DNA of 61,797 bases, the filler included, from Choristocarpus tenellus KU-1152 (taxonomy: Eukaryota; Protista; Phaeophyceae), in the NCBI GenBank assembly GCA_964200185.2. It is 8 parts of 8 records of this genome, joined end to end, with 100 filler letters (N's around TTAATTAATTAA, not from the genome) between each part and the next. Parts side by side here need not be neighbours in the genome. Positions count along the whole stretch, not along the records: positions 45,920 to 59,167 come from CAXNAD020001546.1; positions 59,268 to 61,797 come from CAXNAD020027016.1; 6 more parts are not named here. The stretch is one strand, 5' to 3'. The notes beneath the pieces were generated by a model. It was not told where the DNA came from. It saw only the letters and a program-made list of their open reading frames with translations, and did not search any database. Below, one piece after another: positions 46,513 to 59,521 of the stretch (positions are counted from its first letter, which is position 1; every line of letters begins with the position of its first letter). A program made the position numbers and the translations under genes.

Positions 46513-49500
46513 GTCTCCCTTCCCAGTGATGCTGCAGCCAGTGGTGAATTCACAGGGATCATCAGGGAGAGCAAGCAATCGTTGCATACAATTTCACCTT
46601 CGAAGTGCACCCCAAATACGGAATGTTGCATACATCAAGGTGGGTCTTTGATATGACACTATCTAGAGGTCTTTTTCTGTTCTTATTCTATGCAAGGCCA
46701 GATAGTATACGTAGGAGGGAATGTTTGATTATGAACTGCACCATGTTGTGAGAAGATACATGCACAACAAGCCAGCATCACCCTCCTTAACAACGGCTTT
46801 TTCTTTGCTTTAGTACAGTTTTATGTTGCGAACATGTAGCAGAGAAAGCTACAGGTGCAGCGGATCAAAATGGTCTCTCTACCTCTACTATTGACAAGGA
46901 GGGGGTGTATGTCATTTTTTTTTCCTCATTTTGTTTGTGGTCTTCACGTTTCCCAACCAAGTGGTACATGTCTGCGACATTAAGGGTCTAACTTCTCAAG
47001 ATGGCTTCCAATGAAAAAAGGACTTTTACGTTGGATTCCTTGATGTTTTTCCGTGAAAATCAATCTTTTTTATTTTCCTCATGTCCATCAATCTACCAAT
47101 CCAGTGCGGAGTCGAAAGCTCCTCTGTCAACTCTGGGCGGTTTTGGCACACTTCCCCCCCAGTGCCTTTTCTTAGTTCCGGTGTGCTGTACCTCAAAATC
47201 GTTACCCCCTAGTGCCTTGAAAACTTTTTTGTGCCGCTTATAGAAGCTCTGTCACCCCCTCTCTAAAGTTGCTGCATGGTATGCGTCGTACATGCTCTTT
47301 ACCCCCTTCACAAGGTCATCTATTGTATTGTAACGCTCCTTCCAAACTCTACTTTTTGCATGCAAAGAACCCTAAATCGTTGATACTGAGATCAAGTGAC
47401 TGCACAAGCTGCATTACAGGCTTGATGTTCCACCCCCCCCTCCCTCCTGGCTCTGTTGAGCTTCCATGACGTGTCTTTTGGCATCTGGGCAGTTGCTCCG
47501 TCCTGGTGCACGACCACCTCCTCACCCTCCAACCACAGCGTCTTTCGTTTAATGTGGAGAGAAAAGTCTCTATGTACCACTTCCGGTACCACTCAGCATT
47601 GATGGTCAATCGAATCATACTGCTGCCCCCTCTCGCAGCGGGTTGGAATTCTCTGCACCTACTTGATGCAAACACGCCAGATTCCAATCTTGCCGTTGAA
47701 ATCACGTGAAGGATCTGGGTTCAAAGCGGCGTAAATGACCATCACCTTCAGAATGTGACTCTTGATATGTACCTTGGTGGAGCCCACCCTTTCCTCCCTG
47801 AGGAACATGCAGACGGGCTCCCTGTCATATAAGAGGTAGAACCATGCCTTGTCAATATAAATCATGTTGAGGCTGCTTCTATAATTGATGCAGTTACTTG
47901 CTGCTTGGTCAAGATGAAATCTACCCGGTTCTTCTAATGCGACAGCGACAGTGTTTCACCTTTGTTACACCCGTCACTTTGAGTCATCGCTGAAGCTTCG
48001 AGATGTCGGCTACAAGATCGACTTTGGTTAGCTTGACAGACAACTGATCGAGGGTCAGTGGCTGCCTGCTTTGTGATGCTCATTTCAGCAAACGTGTGTT
48101 GCCACTTTGGCTACAGGTCTCACATCACAGATGATCTGGAGGCTAAGTGAGAGTTGTGCAACTCGTGTACATTATACCCACCGCCAGAAGCAGCACAGCC
48201 ACTGAAGATAGGGCCGAAATGACCTTTTTTCGGTTCCACTTCTCGGAACAGATTCAAAACTATTTCGGAACAAAATGCGAAAACCAAAAATCCCCTCCTA
48301 ACAATTATATCCAGAGCTTCAATTTGAGCTATATATCGCTGGGAAAGTCTTTGTATTCATGAAGAACCGGCCAAAACAGAAGGTGAAAATTCGTAACTCC
48401 ACAGACTTACGGGATAGAGGAAGTACGATATGGGTAAGTGTGTCAAATCATATCTACCACGGTAAAGGTTTGAAGAACTTCCTTCAGTATTTCCTTTCTG
48501 GTCTATACTATACGCCTCTGCGTGCAGCAAAGGACTGCTTGGAGATGGAGGCTGGTGCAAGGGACTTCTCCTAAAAGCAGTTATAACTCAAGCACCCTGT
48601 CTTCCTTGCATTGATGTCCTTTGCTGAGTAGTTTATATGTAAAAGTATTAAACGAAATTGTGCACTACTCATTCATCCTGCTGGACTGCAAATTTCATGC
48701 GCTGGACTGATGTTGTATGGCATTGAGAGCAGTTTGCCAGTTTGGACATGAGCGAATTTGATGTTCGACTGGATGAGGCTATGGCAAGGTGGGCTCAGGG
48801 CCTCGCTGATAGGGTACTATGGCAGCTGAGGGCAGACAAAAGCAGCTTTGATGAGGATGTGGATAGCTGGCCTCCCCCCAAGGAGGCCTTCGCAGGACCG
48901 GTAAGGAGGACATGATTGAAAGTGTGGTAGGGACTGAAGTGTGATGCATCATTTTGGTTCAGTAAGACTCATACTCTTCATCCAACTTTCCATCTATCCC
49001 CAATCTTGGTAGTTCGATACTTTGTTGACCAAATTGACAATTTTTGTTGAAAGGGCACATGATGGTCACTGTTGTATAGTGTGCATTTTGCAAGTAGATA
49101 TCCGCTATAGTTTGTATGAGATTCCATCAACGCCACTGTTGACTTTGAATTGGAATAAGTGCTGTGTGCATAGTTCATAGTGAGTGATCTCCCTCACTCC
49201 ATGATTTCTTCACTGGGTTTCCTATGGTGCAGGCAAGATGGGGAGACAAGGATGGTGTGCCTGGCAATCACCCCTGGGGGGGTATCAAAGGCAGCAGCAA
49301 TGATGGTCATGAAAAGAGGGGGGTCGTGCTGGGACATGCAACTGTCCCAAGCGAAACACAGAGTCGATACCTTTACCTTGAGGTCTTTCAGGTCATAATG
49401 ATAATTCAATTTTGGAGTTCCCTAAATTTCGTACTGATAGGTTGCCTTTCCGGTTTGAGTTGAACCCTTTTCACTACAGAGTGGTCCATTGAAGGAAATT

Positions 49501-52500
49501 CAAGCTCCTTCGATGGGTTTTCTCATGTGATTGTCCAAATTGGATATGTAGTTGTGTGGGACAAGTTGGCACTTGGTCTGTATTTTATAGGTATATATAT
49601 CTATATAGCACATGTTGTGTTTGACTACACAATAATATCATTTGACTTGTTATTTTGACCATTTTCTTCTGGATTTCAATTCCTGACATTCTTTTAAAGA
49701 CATGAGAGTATACCGCCAAATCAAACTATTGAATATAAACTACGTATTTATCTCTACTCACAAGAAATTTGAATGTGCATGACAACCTACTCTGAGCGTG
49801 TTTTATTCTTAATTTGTGTAATTTCCACACTTTACACATACACCGGCATACTGGCTTACTCTGCATGCATTTTAACCTTGTAGGCAGTGTGCATTTTGTT
49901 CTCGGCAAGGTCTGACCATACATCCCAGAGTGCTCAATGACTGGTCTGACAAATTTATTGCACCTGATGATTAGCAAGACCTACATCATTTGCTTGATTT
50001 ATTGACTCTTCCACAGTATTTTCCAGTAAATCCCAAAATCAGAGTTATTTCTCATTTTGTTTATAAATCTGTTTTTGATCTTAATTTATTATTATTACAA
50101 TAGCTTTAAATCATTATTTATTTTAGATGGTATATATCAATGTTGAAGAATAGCTGTGTTGATGCGATACATATTATCATAGTTTATGACATGATACAAA
50201 AATGCGGTAAATCTTGAAGAGTGCATAAAGCAAGAACCGTGGTTGATCTCAAGTATCTTGTAGTATTTTATTGGTTCCAGTGCATATACCAATACTAAGT
50301 ACTATTTTGGAGTTGTTGCATATGTCAGGGTAGGATGGTGTCATCTCAGGGAACGCAACATGATGTTTTGCCTTGAGAGATATCCCATGCTTTTTGTTAC
50401 CCACATGTGGTACCAACTTCAATATGTTTGTAGACTTGCTTTTTTTAACTGCATATAGCTAGGAGGAAACCAGCTAAAGCTTGCAGACAATGTTCAGGAT
50501 TACGTTGAGTTTCCCCACCTGCATTTGGTATCTAGATGATACTAGTGTTCACATGGTCCTTACATTCTCCATGTGTCATACCAAACAGAATCATAGGCTT
50601 CTGGGCCAATCTAGCTTAGACTGGTCTGACCTATTTCGTATTTTATTGTGGTTGACTCCTGCCTTTCCTCACTAGACCCTCACCAAAATCCTTTATCTTG
50701 TGGGCAACGTAATTGTGCTTTATTCCAATTGATGCTACCTTAGGTTTCAAGTGTCAAGGTCCGATTGTCCCTACAGCGTGGAAAGGAGAGCGAAGAGACA
50801 GTCTATGTCGGAATCAAGCCTTTTCAGATGCTATTGGACTTGATGATGAGGATGGACAGCGCCCATATCAAGGTAAAATGTACACATGCATCTAGGCATC
50901 TGCGCTCTCATTTCCTCAACCAACAATTTTGCTGGATACCTTGATGAGCTTAGTTGGCAATGTCAACTCCCTTGTACAAGATTATGTTTGATTGGTGCAA
51001 CTCTGTTGTTGGGTTTTGTTCATCTCATATAAAGACAGCTTATCCAAGGTTACCTTCCTCCTCTCCACTATACCTTTGCACTGCCTCCATACATTCCCTT
51101 CACCAGCTGAAGCCATTTGTTCGCCATAATGAGACCATTACAAGGACTCGGCTCATCAACATGGCCAGGGAACACTATTTGAGGGAGCTCAAATGGGATG
51201 TCTTCCAGCTTCTAGGCAGCCTGGAAGCACTTGGAAACCCTGTGGGGCTTGTGCGTGGAATGGGTCAGGTATGTTTGCATGCATATATCACAGAATGCAA
51301 CAGTTTCATCCACATGTAAAATGTGAAGTTATTTAGCTGTGCATGAAACAAGAGAATACACAGTGCAGAAATTATTTTAGTGTGCGCTGGTTTGATGATG
51401 GCATTATTGTTCAAATTAGTTCATAGTCCACATCACAGTTGTGCTCACATAACAACCTAGCCCTTGTTCTGTCCATGCTATACTTTTTTCTGCTGTGGCT
51501 GTCCTCTTCAGGGAATTGAAGACTTGTTGATGGAACCTATCAGAGCAGGGTGGAATAGTGACGAGCTTGTGGTGGATGGCATTGCAAGGGGGGCAAAGTC
51601 ATTCCTCAAACACTCTGTTGGTGGTGTATTCAACTCAGCTTCACTTATCACCGGCAAGATACAACTAGAACTATGCTATTTGTTTGTCCATGAAGCCATG
51701 TCAAAATGCAGTGCACTCATTGTGGTATAGGTATCCAAAGGAGTTTGGCAAATAGACAGACATCACTTGAAGGCTCAAGAAATTGTGTTTGATAGATACA
51801 TTGCAACCTAATGTCCTCTCGATTTCACTGTAATATTATAGTAGAGCTGACTTGTACCCCACACAGTTCTGTGATGAATCCTCATGATACCAGGACAACA
51901 TGGCAGTAGCCTGACACAAATATTTCATTCTTCTCCGCAATGCTTTGGTGTGACCTTTGTGAATGTAGGTACCTTCTCACAAAACTTAACAACAATGACA
52001 CTGAGCAAGGAGTACAAGGTTAAACGAGCACAGAGGATAGAAAAGAAGGGTGGGTGCCTCCCTTGCAATGCTAATCCTTATTGTGTATGTCACATGCTTC
52101 AATGAAATGTAATGTTTTTTTCCATTTCACAGAGAGCAATGACTGAGTATTTCTTGGTGGCTTTGGGAGATATGCACCAAGGGACCGTATAATTGTGCTG
52201 TAGCCTCACTCTATAGGGCGGATACCACTCTCAGGATTAAGGAATGGTCAAGGCGGTAATGATACAGGTTTTTATCTCCTTCAAGGCCTTCTGTTCGCAA
52301 CGCTCAAAAGGAACATTTTTTTCTAAGAGGATTAAGGATCTGATATCAAATTTCTTTCCCCAGTGTTCTCCATTGCACCTACTGACAAAAAATTGTTAAT
52401 ATCACATCAAGGAGTTTTTACCCTCATGAGCCTTACAGAACAATTCGTCCTGCTAACGGTATCCACCCTTTCACCAAAGGAAATCCCATCCATTTTGTTG

Positions 52501-55421
52501 ATGGTGTGCGGTCTGGGAGCGTATCCTTGGCCAAGGGCTTTAGGGATGGATTGTCGGGCCTCTACAAAGACCCTTTGAAAGGAGCACAGAGTGGAGGGCT
52601 GGCTGGTTTTGCTCAAGGAGTGGGTACTGGGATGCTGGGGTTGGTGGTGAAACCTGCTGTAGGAATGACAGATGCCACAACTGAAGTGCTTCAGGGTGAG
52701 GCGATGTTACATTTACTTATTTTACATTTTGTACGTCTGAAGGCAGCCTCACCAAAAGGCGCACACACATCTGCATGCAAAAATAGTATTTTCGCACTGA
52801 AGAGTTCTCAGCTTGTTGCAGTCATTCTCATGAGGATAACTTTGCCCTAGCCCTAGCCCTCATTGTCTAACTCCTTTTATGCGAGAGTTACCATTGTGCC
52901 ATAATGGGCGTGGAAAGGACTTACCTATTGTATCTATTCAATCCAGGTCATCCTTAGTTTTCCTTTCACCATCTTATATAATTGCTCCTGCATCTTGACT
53001 TTATATTCCAGTGACCTCTAGAATGGTACCATCAAACACACTTTGAAGTACCACATAATGCGATTTGTTATTCTGTAGTCAAATAAAGTGATATGCCGAT
53101 GTTGAAATTTTATAATTGATTGGGTTTATTGTATCAGTACAATTGACATTGTTTCGATGGAACATGGACAGGTGTAAAGGGCACCACACATTTTGCAGGG
53201 AGTGAAGGGAGCAGTGACTGGAGGGGCGGTGTGAGTCAGGTTCGCCCAAGGAGAGTGTTGTATGGCAAAGGTCGTGCTTTGCGGCCTTACGTGCTTGAGG
53301 ATGCTACTGCTAATGCATTGCTTCAGGTAATAAATTATTTTTCAAGAGGGCAACTATTTTCTATCATTTTGAATCATACCTGAGTCCAGATTGTGTCTTA
53401 TGTTTTTTTTTGTACACTTCTATTTTGCCAATGTCTGACTCCACCAGAAGTCTGCTGTAGCCTATGACTGTGGCTGTAGTTCCTGTTCTAATTTCTCAGC
53501 ATTACTCTGTCTCTCTACATGACCTTGCTACAAATATATTAGATGGTGCTTACACAAATGGAGGAAATATGGTTTGATTGACACCACTTACTGATACCAT
53601 CCAATGGTCGATTTCTAGAGAAGTTGCTATTGTCAATCTACTGTCAATGTGTGCCTTGGTCGTTGTGAAGTGTGCACGTTCTGCAGTTAGTTGTGATAGA
53701 TCAGTTTTTCAGAGTAAGAAAGTGCAGAACGAAAAATCATAATTCTGTTTTGTTTAGTTGCTACTAAATACGGATAGTGCTCGTCAGGAAAGAGTGCAGT
53801 AAGGTAAGACTGACAGCAACAACCATTCTGCTTTTCCCTCAAACCAGCAGTCAACATCCTATCAGGAGGAGGAATATGCTGCACACCTTCCTCTTTTTCC
53901 CCCATCAGGACCTCTTGTACTCCTCACCCACCATCTGGTGATGGTGATTGAGAGGAATGGCTCTGTGCGTTTTGCTGCAAGATTGGATAGTGTGCAGGCA
54001 AGTTCCATTTGTGTGTTGTGCTAAGCCTGTTTTATCCTATCCTATGCAAGGATAGCTTTGAATTACTGCAACTACTAATGCATTAGCTTCACACGTCCTC
54101 AGCAGTGTTCTGCCCAAAGTACATCTGTGACTTTGCATATATTTTTGCACGAGCTCTTCCATAATTGGGGCCTTGCTTTCCAATGTTTCTACTCAGGTGC
54201 TCCAATAGCACTAAAAAGAGAAGTTCCACATGCTTTATTGCTCAAACCTATTTTCGTTCCTTGATTTCTAGTACTTGCGTGTCTCCTATTCCATTGTTAT
54301 CATAATGTTTTATTTTGATTGACTGCTTCTCTGTCTCTTGCAGAACACTCTCATCTGATTCTTCTATTTTGCCTAGGTCTTTTACCTCAACCCGCTCCTC
54401 AAGGCCCTCTGGACTAGCCCAATTGTCCTGGTCTGGCACTTGTGACCCCTCCTCTTCTGCCAAGTTGGTGCTCTGGCACAATCACTGCAATGCATATTTT
54501 TCACCAGGATGATTGTAGCAGCAGGTCATATTACCCAAAAGTGAACATGTTTTGATTCTGCCACAAGTAATTTTGGTGTACTTCGAAGTATGAATTTCAC
54601 TTTTTTAAAGCCTCTATTTTGTTTAGCTATAAGCAAGCGAAGGATCAACCACCAATGAAGACAGCAATTGCTGTTGACCTGCTCCTCCAAGGACAAACAA
54701 GTACAGACCTTGGACTTCTAACTGCTCCCACTATGTAGTGCTATCTATCCGCTTGGTTATTTTTGAGCTAACAGTAGACTCTGATGGAGGTAGGTGGCTG
54801 TACACTACATTTATACTCTAGGGTACAATGTAGAAGTTGTCTTGTCAGCATAGGAGAAAAAAAAAGATATGTTTGACCCACTTAAAGTGTATTTGTTCTT
54901 CGTGTATGTCGCTCTCTGCAGGTAGTTGAAAGGACACATGATGGCATTCTCCTGCATCTTCACCCTAACAATGAAGAAGAAGGGTAAGCATCTGTTGTCA
55001 AGATTTTACTCTGAAATATGGTGGGGTAGAGTGGATAATGGTTAACACTCATACAAGAGGGGGGCGGGTTGGTTTAGAATTTTGAAGCCATCCCCGCCAT
55101 GTATTACCTGTTCTCTTCTTGTTCAGCTCCAGTATGATTATTTTTCATTTCATGCTCTACTTTGTAAGTGGTACACTCACCCTATCAATAGCCACTGACA
55201 ATTGGGTTTGACTCCATATCTATGCTTTACAATTAACTCTTGCCTCTAGGATAACTTCGCCTTCTATTCCTGGTCTCCCACCAACACCACTGGAGCAACA
55301 ACAAGGAAAGTCTAGCTACATTGACACTCTTGGAATCCCCTGTCCAGATGGGAGGGTAATTTCACCTCTGTATGATCTCCTCAATTCCGCTATCAAGGAA
55401 GTTTCAGGGACTGAGGGTTAG
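46513..55421 (+). CDS. VPS13: VPS13 family lipid-transfer protein, C-terminal part (5'-partial)
   Basis: Exons ~46513-46639, 48733-48900, 49231-49391, 50744-50872, 51107-51268, 51511-51653, 51969-52049, 52480-52695, 53172-53326, 53908-53997, 54922-54983 and 55250-55421; an exon between 53326 and 53908 is unresolved. Motifs: HYLRELK..LLGSLEALGNPVGLV, GAKSFLKHSVGGVFNSAS, GLAGFAQGVGTGMLGLVVKPAVG, VRPRRVLYG..LRPY. Confidence 0.92.
47150..48000 (-). pseudogene. Decayed mariner transposase (same superfamily as 16165-17846) in a VPS13 intron
   Basis: Fragments IYIDKAWFY, HILKVMV..PDPSRDFNGKIGIW, WYRKWY, VHQDGAT, DLSINDLGFF and GGNDFEVQHTG lie in shifting frames. TIRs not resolved. Confidence 0.85.
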
Positions 55422-56844
55422 TGTGAAATTTGTTCCGTGTTAGAGTTTTTGTTATTCACTTGGAATGAAGAAGTACATGTTGCTTAGATATTTCTACTTG
55501 CCCACTATTTGTATGGCATGTGTTGTCCATATTTTGAGAGGTCATTGTCACAATGACTCACCTGTTAACCTCGTCGTTTGTCCTTTCATTAATCAAAGTT
55601 TTTACAAGTATATTGCTTACAGCATTCATATTGCCATGTCTATGATATTGTAGTGATGGACTGTTGTTGGATCCACCCTTTGGTGAAGTTGTGTGCAGCA
55701 CTGCTCATAACGGGAGTAGAGGTAGAGATACTACAAAGTACAGTTTAACAAGTAGATTATGAGGGTCTCATCGACTGCATGAATCTTTACAGTGGGGCAG
55801 AAATCCTTGCAAAAACGTCTTTTCTGGTTTTCTTTTAGCACGCCTGACGTCTGTTGATACGTGTGCATGTATCCCTGCATGATGCTATAAATGCAATGGT
55901 GAAGTAGTGGATTGTTTCACGATTTATGCAGGATGCTGGAGTGAGCCATAGTTGTTTTATATGGTGGTGAAAAGGGGGTTGAAATTTAATTAACAATATG
56001 CACATCTTCATAGGTTTGTCGTCACCTCATCGGGGACAAATGAGAGCAGTTATCTCTACAGATCACGCTACAACTGTTTTTGTGCTAAGTAGAAGGTGAC
56101 CTATCAAACCACCTTCAAAGGACTTCCACGCACAAAGACACCAGTGCATTAGTAACGTTTTTCCCCACTGGGAACTGTGTGTTTTTTGCTGATCCAATGC
56201 AACTGGTCAGATTTTTCAAGGTATTATCAAGCACTGTTGCTTTTAGAAAACCCCTTTCCAGCAAGAATATGGTTCTGGTGTTGTTTGTAGGCCCATGCAT
56301 ATGTTATATAAGTTGTGAACAAACTCCACCATTCCGCCCTGGTCAAGCACAGCACTCCTCCCCACCTTACTGCTGAAGATATTCAGTCACCCGACACCAA
56401 CATTCAGCCGCTTGGACCTTTCTTTTCTAAAGCATACAAAAATATGGACACCACCTCCCACTTCACATTACTACAAAAAGAACCACAAATTCGTGGTATG
56501 AGCAACTGTATGGAGAATATGACAAGTAACCGAAATTTTGTATCAGGCTCAACTTTTAGTTATCAGAAAGGAACTTTCAAGCCCAGAATTTGAAGGCGTT
56601 TAGTTTCTCTGAGGTTAAATAAAACTGCCGTTTCTTTTTGGTTGGAGCAATAATAATATGGAGTTATAATTGGTTCTTGACCACCAGCGATTCTGGCTGC
56701 ACTCATGGATGGTGGAACAACGGAAATCATAATGTCTTACACCCTGCAATGGGCACTGTGTCTGATCCTGTCGTGAAAACTCAAGAGGAATGCAAACAGG
56801 AGCAAATTCAGCCCAAGATGTCAAACTCATGAAGGTGTATGCCC

Positions 56845-57405
56845 TGACTAAATCTGCACACACCTCTTCGTAAATTAGGAAGCTGAGCTACACACTTCAT
56901 ACATATTTCTGTTATCCACCCTTCCTGGTTGTCTCATGCCCCTTCCTGTTGATGGAGGATGCTGGGTGCGATGCATGTCACCACTCCCTCCTAGTTGGAC
57001 CCATAGATCCTCCCTCCCCTTTGATCCTTCCCACCACATTAGCCCACAACACCTCCCCAGGTTGTTGTTGCTACACGGTTTGATTATTTCTTCTGGTGGA
57101 TTCCCGTTTTTCTTCCTTGTCATCATAGTGAAGAAGTTGTCCAATTTCTGTTTTATAGGTGCCCATCAGTAGCTCTGATGGGGCAAACCAATAGGAAAAA
57201 GGTGGGGAGGTTGTGTGGTCTATGTGAGTGCGAAGACGAAATGGGGGGGACGTAGCTATGGGTCCAGTGATAGAGGAAGAGGGAGCAGTGACACACACCT
57301 CCCAAGATCTGTGGACAGGAAGACCCGTGGGACAGTGTAGAACAGAAACATGTCGTTGAGTGGGGTAGGTCTGATGATGTACCAAGGGCTGTGTGCATTT
57401 TTTTC
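56845..57405. mobile_element. Decayed long-TIR foldback element (family E-related)
   Basis: 56845-57060 and the reverse complement of 57195-57405 share ACAT.TTTCTGTT, TGTCAC..CTCCCTC, TGGACCCATAG and CCTCCCCA. The interior CTTCTGGTGGATTCCCG recurs on the minus strand at ~60905-60921. Confidence 0.6.
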
Positions 57406-58429
57406 TGGGAGGAAGATATATGCAGTTGTGGAGATGGGTGCATATGTAGCCATGACATCTCAAAAGATCGGGAAGAAACACAACATCAGCATCCACAGCA
57501 GGAGCGAGTCTCAGGTGGATTACAAATTTGGACCCACTAAGTTACAGCCTCAGAAAAGCTAACGGCAAAGAGATATACGAGAAGCTTAGCGACAAAGATC
57601 GAGGAGGAAATAGTGATACCACGTACGGACAACTAATAAAAAAGGAATACTGCATAGTGCTTTGGAGTAAAAAAATACTCCAAGCAGAAGGTCCTGCTTA
57701 TTGTAGCACACTCAAGAGTACCAGTTGACATCATTCACCAACCCACTAACCACTTCACGATCCTCGATAGGGCCCTAGAGTATGTCAACCACAGTAGTGC
57801 AGGCAAGTTCAAGAAGAAATAGTAGTCAAAATCGCAAAATGTGGGTTCGTGGAGAGCGATAGTTAGCGAGTGCCTCAAAATCAAGGTTCGTGTGGGGTGA
57901 ATATCGTATCCTCAATTGTAGGCTTGTGCTCAGATGGCATAATTCTACCAACCGGTGGGGCTTGCTGGCCTCTGCGATAGAACACTCTCACCAAACTACA
58001 TACAAACACTGTCGATATTCTACCCAAGACATATACGATAGAAGCACACGAGCCAAAGAATGAAGAAAAACTATCGATGTTTTGCCAGAGTATGCAGACG
58101 AGCTGGGATATGAAAGCACTAGTGGTAGGTTAGTTGCTTGACACGCCCGCATTGGGAATAATTCTTCCCTATCAGAAACTGTAATCCATAAAGAATCTTA
58201 AAGTTAGTGTCCCCTACTAGAAAATGCTCAACAGAAAATGAAGTTCAGCAGTTAGCGGGGAAATGAAAAACATGACATATATATTGAGGGCAAGAACATA
58301 ACGTTTGGCATCCACGTACATTGATAAACTCATAGGGCAATGATACTGCATAGAAATTGGGGTGTGATGGCATACTGACCTTCCTAGGGAACTAACTGCC
58401 ACCGCGCTTTGTAAAGGTATTACGGCAAG

Positions 58430-58850
58430 ATAGCAAGAAATCTCAAATGTTTATGCTCTGTTTAGAGTTTTTGGATTGGTGTTGACTGTATGGGCAACGA
58501 TTGAGGTTGGGCCCGATCTCCCCATAGAGCTGGGGTAATCAGTAGATAGATAAGAAAAGAGAAAACAGTTTAGCAGTGGCATTGGTAAACAGATGTGGTG
58601 GGCACTCAGAAATACGGGCAGGAGCAATGATGCGATTCTCGGAGTCTCTGGACACTTGTCACAACAGGGATTTGGCAATTTCAGGCAAAACACGCGAAGT
58701 ATATACCTCAACATACTTGCAGACGGGGCATATCCTGGTGGACAAGGGAATCTACTAAATAGCATGCAGCAACTTGCCACTGACATACCATGGCAGGAAC
58801 AACTCACTGGGGTGGAGAGCAGAGTGGAATATCAAGAAGAGATGGACACC
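58430..58850 (+). pseudogene. Heavily decayed PIF/Harbinger (Plant_tran-like) transposase
   Basis: Ordered motif remnants across frames: GVDCM..WARSP/SWGNQ*IDKK (cf. GSIDCMHWEWKNCPxAWxGQYxGK), GRSND, GAY/ILVDKG, and SRVE..IKKRW (cf. RKDVECxFGILKxRW). Confidence 0.55.
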
Positions 58851-58954
58851 TGACACCCTACAAACTGTTATCAAGGGCAACGCCCCCATAGCGTCGTTTT
58901 AAGGTCGTTGGAATTGAGTTGTACATCCTGTGGAGGTGAGTTTTGAGGGGCACA

Positions 58955-59167
58955 GAGTCAAAGTATCTTAGAGGGTAGAGCCGCGTCCATTTGGAGACCA
59001 AAATCCAATATTGTGATATTGATGTAATTTTGGCTATCGTAATTGTTAGGAGATGTCAATATCCTTGTTCCGGACACATATTTTCATAGTGTATACATTT
59101 TACCTACTCGGAAACATTTTGAAGGAGGTAGTACGTCATTTGACCCAAAGTATCTGGGAGGGGGGGG
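58955..59167 (+). mobile_element. MITE family A interrupted by a family B end (59142-59167) at the contig break
   Basis: GAGTCAAAGTATCTTAGAGGGTAGAGCCGCGTCCATTTGG..., followed by GACCCAAAGTATCTGGGAGGGG. Confidence 0.85.
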
Positions 59168-59521
59168 NNNNNNNNNNNNNNNNNNNNNNNNNNNNNNNNN
59201 NNNNNNNNNNNTTAATTAATTAANNNNNNNNNNNNNNNNNNNNNNNNNNNNNNNNNNNNNNNNNNNNCACCCAGCCACTGGGCGCCTGTTGGATAGGGCC
59301 TCCTCCCTCAATAGGGATCTGCCGGCGGTGAGTCTAAACTATTAGTTTAATGAAAAAATGTGTAGTACACCTTTATGCTAAGGTATACCTTCAAGGTGCC
59401 CTTCCGTTAGCAGGTACACCTCAGGATTGCTTCCTAATGACTTCCATATCTGGTTGTTGGTAGGAGCTTGCAATCCCCCCTCATTTACTTCCCTTGTCAC
59501 TCCTTTCCTGAGTGACCTTCT

